From Candidatus Latescibacterota bacterium (lineage in GTDB: Bacteria; Latescibacterota; UBA2968; GCA-2709665): a stretch of DNA of 64,000 bases. The stretch's first letter is position 1; every line of letters begins with the position of its first letter. The position numbers and the translations under genes were made by a program. The notes under the pieces are model-generated. The model worked only from the letters and a program-made list of their open reading frames with translations. It was not told the DNA's origin and ran no database searches. This document shows positions 59,549-64,000 of this stretch, in pieces. The DNA lies in assembly GCA_965116875.1 (NCBI GenBank), contig OZ220733.1, forward strand, positions 1,504,001 through 1,568,000. Direction: 5' to 3'.

Positions 59549-60008
59549 GACCTACCCCCTGACCCCCTTCCGGAAGGAACAAGGAAAAAGGAAGAAGGAA
59601 AAACAGCGGTAACTTTGACTTCTGTCACTTCTGCGATAGTACTCTCACATGATTCGAATGGAAGAGGGTTGCTGAGGAGAGCGGAATACCGTCGGCGTAC
59701 GGTGCTGTCGTGCCCCAGGGAGCGAGGGCATCCTGCCCTCGGCGTCGAATTCGCGAGGCCCTGACGCCGTTAATTCAGATGTGGTTTCGGATGCAAGGGA
59801 AGCAATAGGATGTCGATGCGGTTATCGACGGGGCACCTGCGATTCGAGGGCAGGATGCCCTCGCTCCGGTAACTGGTAAACCACGTTGCGGCTTCATTGT
59901 TTTTCCTCCCTCTTTCTTTTAGGAGAGAGGGCCGGGGAGAGAGGTCTGGGTGGTAGGGAGAAGGGGGTTTTTGGTTTTGTTCTTGATCTTGGCTGATAGC
60001 TGACGGCT
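59549..60008. repeat. repeat mosaic including a REPIN-like doublet
   Basis: 59549-59698 matches 21352-21500; inverted REP pair 59719-59741/59845-59867; palindrome 59908-59946; CTGAYRG tail. Confidence 0.85.
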
Positions 60009-60020
60009 TTTTCCGAGAGG

Positions 60021-60779
60021 TCAGCGGAGCATGGTGTCCGCGTTGCGCCAGGCGATGGCTTCCCTGACCTCTTCGGGCGCGTCCAGGATCCGCAGTTTCT
60101 GCAACGCGGGCGCGGGGGTGTTGAACGGCATGCCCGAGCCGAAGGCCAGGCGCTCGATGCCCCAGGCCCGCGTAAGCCCCTGGATGCTGCGCTCCAATAC
60201 CGCGGTGAGGCGGGAGACGTCCACCAGGAAGCGGACGTCCGGTGGTAATATGCGCCCGGTGAAGCCGGCGCCGTTCAGAATCATCCAGCGGACGTGGGGC
60301 CGCAAATGAAAAAGCCGGCGAAACGTCGCCGGCTTCAGGTCATCGGCCAGGTCCCAGGGATGCCGCTGTCGACGGTCCACAATTCGCATGGGCACCTGAA
60401 CGCACCACCGCAGGTCCGCAACGGCATCCATCAAATCCAGCACTGCTTCGGAATCCGGTTCATACCCGTGGTATTGCGGAACCAGGCGAATTCCGCAAAG
60501 CTCCAGGTCTTCGGCGCACCGGCGCAGGTCTTCCTTCCATCCCGCGTAGGCCGGATTCAGCGTGGCGAACGGGATCAGCCGGTCGCGGTGGCGCAGGACC
60601 TGTCCGGCCAGTTCCTCGTTGGCCGCATGGGGGTTCCTGTAGAACACGCCGTGGACAGACGCCACCACCGCCCGGTCGATCCCGCTACGGTCCATGAGCC
60701 TCAGCAGACCCTGCACCGTATTGTGACGCAACTGACGGAACGGCCAGTGCCCCACCCATGCGTTGACATCTATGATCAT
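60021..60779 (-). CDS. amidohydrolase-fold (TIM barrel) protein
   Basis: MDRSGIDRAVV, ANEEL, LIPFATLNP, LAFGSGMP, AWRNA; canonical HxH not seen. Confidence 0.75.
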   Translation of the reverse strand: MIIDVNAWVGHWPFRQLRHNTVQGLLRLMDRSGIDRAVVASVHGVFYRNPHAANEELAGQVLRHRDRLIPFATLNPAYAGWKEDLRRCAEDLELCGIRLVPQYHGYEPDSEAVLDLMDAVADLRWCVQVPMRIVDRRQRHPWDLADDLKPATFRRLFHLRPHVRWMILNGAGFTGRILPPDVRFLVDVSRLTAVLERSIQGLTRAWGIERLAFGSGMPFNTPAPALQKLRILDAPEEVREAIAWRNADTMLR

Positions 60780-60806
60780 TACAACTCCCGCAGCCTGAAC
60801 CGCGCC

Positions 60807-61868
<1,062 letters not shown>

Positions 61869-61913
61869 CGATAAAATCCTCCTCCCTTTATCAACAATCC
61901 TCAATTACGGGCA

Positions 61914-62741
61914 TTAACGCTTCAGGGCCACACCGAAGAAAAACGTATTCCCGGCCGTGGTGTTGCATCCGGACGCGACGTGGATCAGGTCCAGACTCAG
62001 CTCCACCGTCGAGTTCAGCCTATAGATGATTCCCGGGGCAATCTTCAGGATGTTCTGATCGCCGATGAGGTCCACTTCATCCCCGGGCTCGCAGTTGCCG
62101 AAGGTCCGGATGCCCGAAATGAATCCCTTGATCAGAATCCGATCGTAGGTAAGGCCGGCCTCGAGGGCGTAGAACATCTCGTTGCTGAACGTCCCCCCGC
62201 GTACCCGATAGCCCAATTCACCCGTGACGTACCCCGGCAGCGGGTAGAGGGACTTTCCAAGGAGAAGCCGCGCGTCTCCGTCCATCTTCTTCGTGCTCAA
62301 CGGCACCCGCGTGCTCTCGTCGTCCTCGTACCAGGTGGGGATCTTCCCGCCGGCGGCCACGGAAGCCACGAAGTCCCTGTTCCACAGCAGGCGGCGCATC
62401 CGGACCTCCACGTCGCCAAACCCCCACCGCCTCTCCAGGGCGGTCCCCGTCTGGAACGTGCGGGTATCCTTCATGTTCTTGTACGGGCCGGTGGCCACCA
62501 GGGTGAGTTCATCGGAGATCCCGTACTCCAGATACCCCGTGAAATTGATGTCCCGCAATCTGCCCTCGCCGTCCTTCGGCACCTTGTCCCCCGCGGCGTT
62601 GATATCCTGGGTGGTATTCAGATACCCACCCGAGAGTTTCAGGTAGTAGCCGCCTTTCTTCTGGGTCCAGGCGCCGGCGAACGCGTGGGATGCGATCAGA
62701 AACGGCAGAATTGCGGTAAGAAATGTACTTTTTCCTCTCAT
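61914..62741 (-). CDS. putative outer-membrane beta-barrel protein
   Basis: signal peptide AFA-GAWTQ, YLEYG, GFGD, alternating strands. Confidence 0.65.
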   Translation of the reverse strand: MRGKSTFLTAILPFLIASHAFAGAWTQKKGGYYLKLSGGYLNTTQDINAAGDKVPKDGEGRLRDINFTGYLEYGISDELTLVATGPYKNMKDTRTFQTGTALERRWGFGDVEVRMRRLLWNRDFVASVAAGGKIPTWYEDDESTRVPLSTKKMDGDARLLLGKSLYPLPGYVTGELGYRVRGGTFSNEMFYALEAGLTYDRILIKGFISGIRTFGNCEPGDEVDLIGDQNILKIAPGIIYRLNSTVELSLDLIHVASGCNTTAGNTFFFGVALKR

Positions 62742-62837
62742 ATGGTTCTCCTGTTTGCCTTTTCTCCGTCTGTTCTTGTGAAAACCGAACCCTGCTAATC
62801 TCTTTAACGAATATGGCGGAATTCCGTTCCGTAGAAA

Positions 62838-63493
62838 CCGGGAGACGGGAGACTGACCTACCCCCTAACCCCCTTCATGAAGGAAGAAGGAAAAAGGAAG
62901 AAGGAAGAAGGAAAGGTTTGCGCGATATCCTGTACTTACTTGCCTACGGCAGGAGCAGAAACCTGACAAGGCAGGCGATCTCTCCAGTCTGACGTCTTTT
63001 ACACCCATGAACTGCGTTCGGCGGTAGCGACAGACCTTTCCTTTCCATTCCACCTTTTTTCTTCGTCGTCCTTTTTCTTATGCGCGGAAGAAAAAGGACC
63101 AAAAAGAAGCGCGCCCTTCGGCAGGGGGCCGGTTTTTCCGTGAATCACTCCGGAGGCACAAATGAGAATTGGGTGGCCTGCAAACTCTTCAGCAATACCA
63201 GTGCAGATGCGCTGGACGGAACAGCACGGAAAAACCCCCCTTACCCCCGTGCGCCCGATGTGAAATCAATTGCAGGGGCGAGACCTACCCCCTAACCCCC
63301 TTCCTAAAGGAAGGGGGAACGGCGATGGGTTGATGTCCTGGGCATACAAATGTGCCGGGTGGCAATTTCCTTTCAATCAGAGTGTCTATCAATGACCGGC
63401 ACGCGACGTGTGCCTTTCCTCCCTCTCTCCCGGTGGGAGAGAGGGCCGGGGAGAGAGGTCTGCGGGGGGAGGGGACGCTGACGGCTGAGAGCT
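62838..63493 (+). repeat. large intergenic repeat mosaic
   Basis: two ACCTACCCCC..CCCCTTC hairpins (62854, 63282), GGAAGAA run, armed element, GTCCTTTTTCTT/AAGAAAAAGGAC hairpin (63068-63099), palindrome 63421-63460. Confidence 0.75.
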
Positions 63494-63635
63494 TTGCCTG
63501 AGAGGTCTGGTTTTCAAAAAAAACCGGCGCGCCGATCGCCCCGGTTTCCTGCGTCCCTCAACGGGTTGCTCTCGTCATTCTACCGACCGTCCCCACGTCG
63601 GCTGCCTGAAAAAAAACGGGACGTGATACCGCCTC

Positions 63636-64000
63636 TCAAAACACATCGTCGATATTCAACCTGAAACCCCGCAAAGCAGCCGAAGTCAACCTCTCTCCTG
63701 CACCGCAGACTTCCGCAACCTCCAATCCACGCTTGCCTGGCAGCAGGACCGTGATGGTTTCTTCCTCTGTGTCCACGATCCAGTATTCTCTTACGCCGTG
63801 CCTGGAATACAGTACTCGCTTGAATGTCGTGTCGCGTGTGGCCGTAGTGGGAGAGAGGATTTCGACGACCAGGTCCGGGGCGCCCTGCACATTCTCGGGG
63901 GTGATGATGCGGCTGCGTTGGTTGGAGACAAAGAGCAGATCCGGTTGCACCACGTCCAGGTCCGACAACACCACGTCGAAGGGAGCGACATAGACCCGCC
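63636..64000 (-). CDS. Uma2/DUF820 family endonuclease, 5' end outside the window
   Basis: APFDVVL, VQPDL, GAPDLVVEILSP, GVREYWIVD. Confidence 0.9.
   Translation of the reverse strand, partial: RVYVAPFDVVLSDLDVVQPDLLFVSNQRSRIITPENVQGAPDLVVEILSPTTATRDTTFKRVLYSRHGVREYWIVDTEEETITVLLPGKRGLEVAEVCGAGERLTSAALRGFRLNIDDVF

Overview
GC-rich diderm bacterial chromosome segment. It has outer-membrane beta-barrels, a LolA-like protein, dockerin-like C-termini and UBact. By inference only, this fits the Ca. Latescibacterota/Handelsmanbacteria neighbourhood. Most of the window is housekeeping and metabolism: pepA, pyrE, sulfatase, a ybdK-MscS-MgtE cluster, a TauE operon, a TPP enzyme plus PIG-L protein, a frameshifted Na+/alanine symporter, a beta-oxidation operon, msrAB and msrP. 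Four things stand out. (1) A complete UBact/Pup-type proteasome operon (arc-dop-ubact-prcB-prcA-pafA, 39.5-46.5 kb). (2) A 1.5-kb modular tandem repeat array (47.57-49.10 kb) in which one of five units carries an intact GxxExxY PD-(D/E)XK nuclease gene and the others are internally deleted or mosaic derivatives. This is my best candidate for an undescribed system. (3) A tandemly amplified cluster of five secreted proteins (HEXXH metalloproteases, Ig-like-repeat partners and a fusion of the two), all ending in a dockerin-like double Ca-binding domain, with a second decayed GxxExxY gene at the duplication junction. (4) At least six families of small intergenic palindromic or periodic repeats, with the asymmetric ones all in the same orientation. 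No rRNA, tRNA, CRISPR array or intact transposase was recognised. Family assignments come from motif recognition, not database searches.
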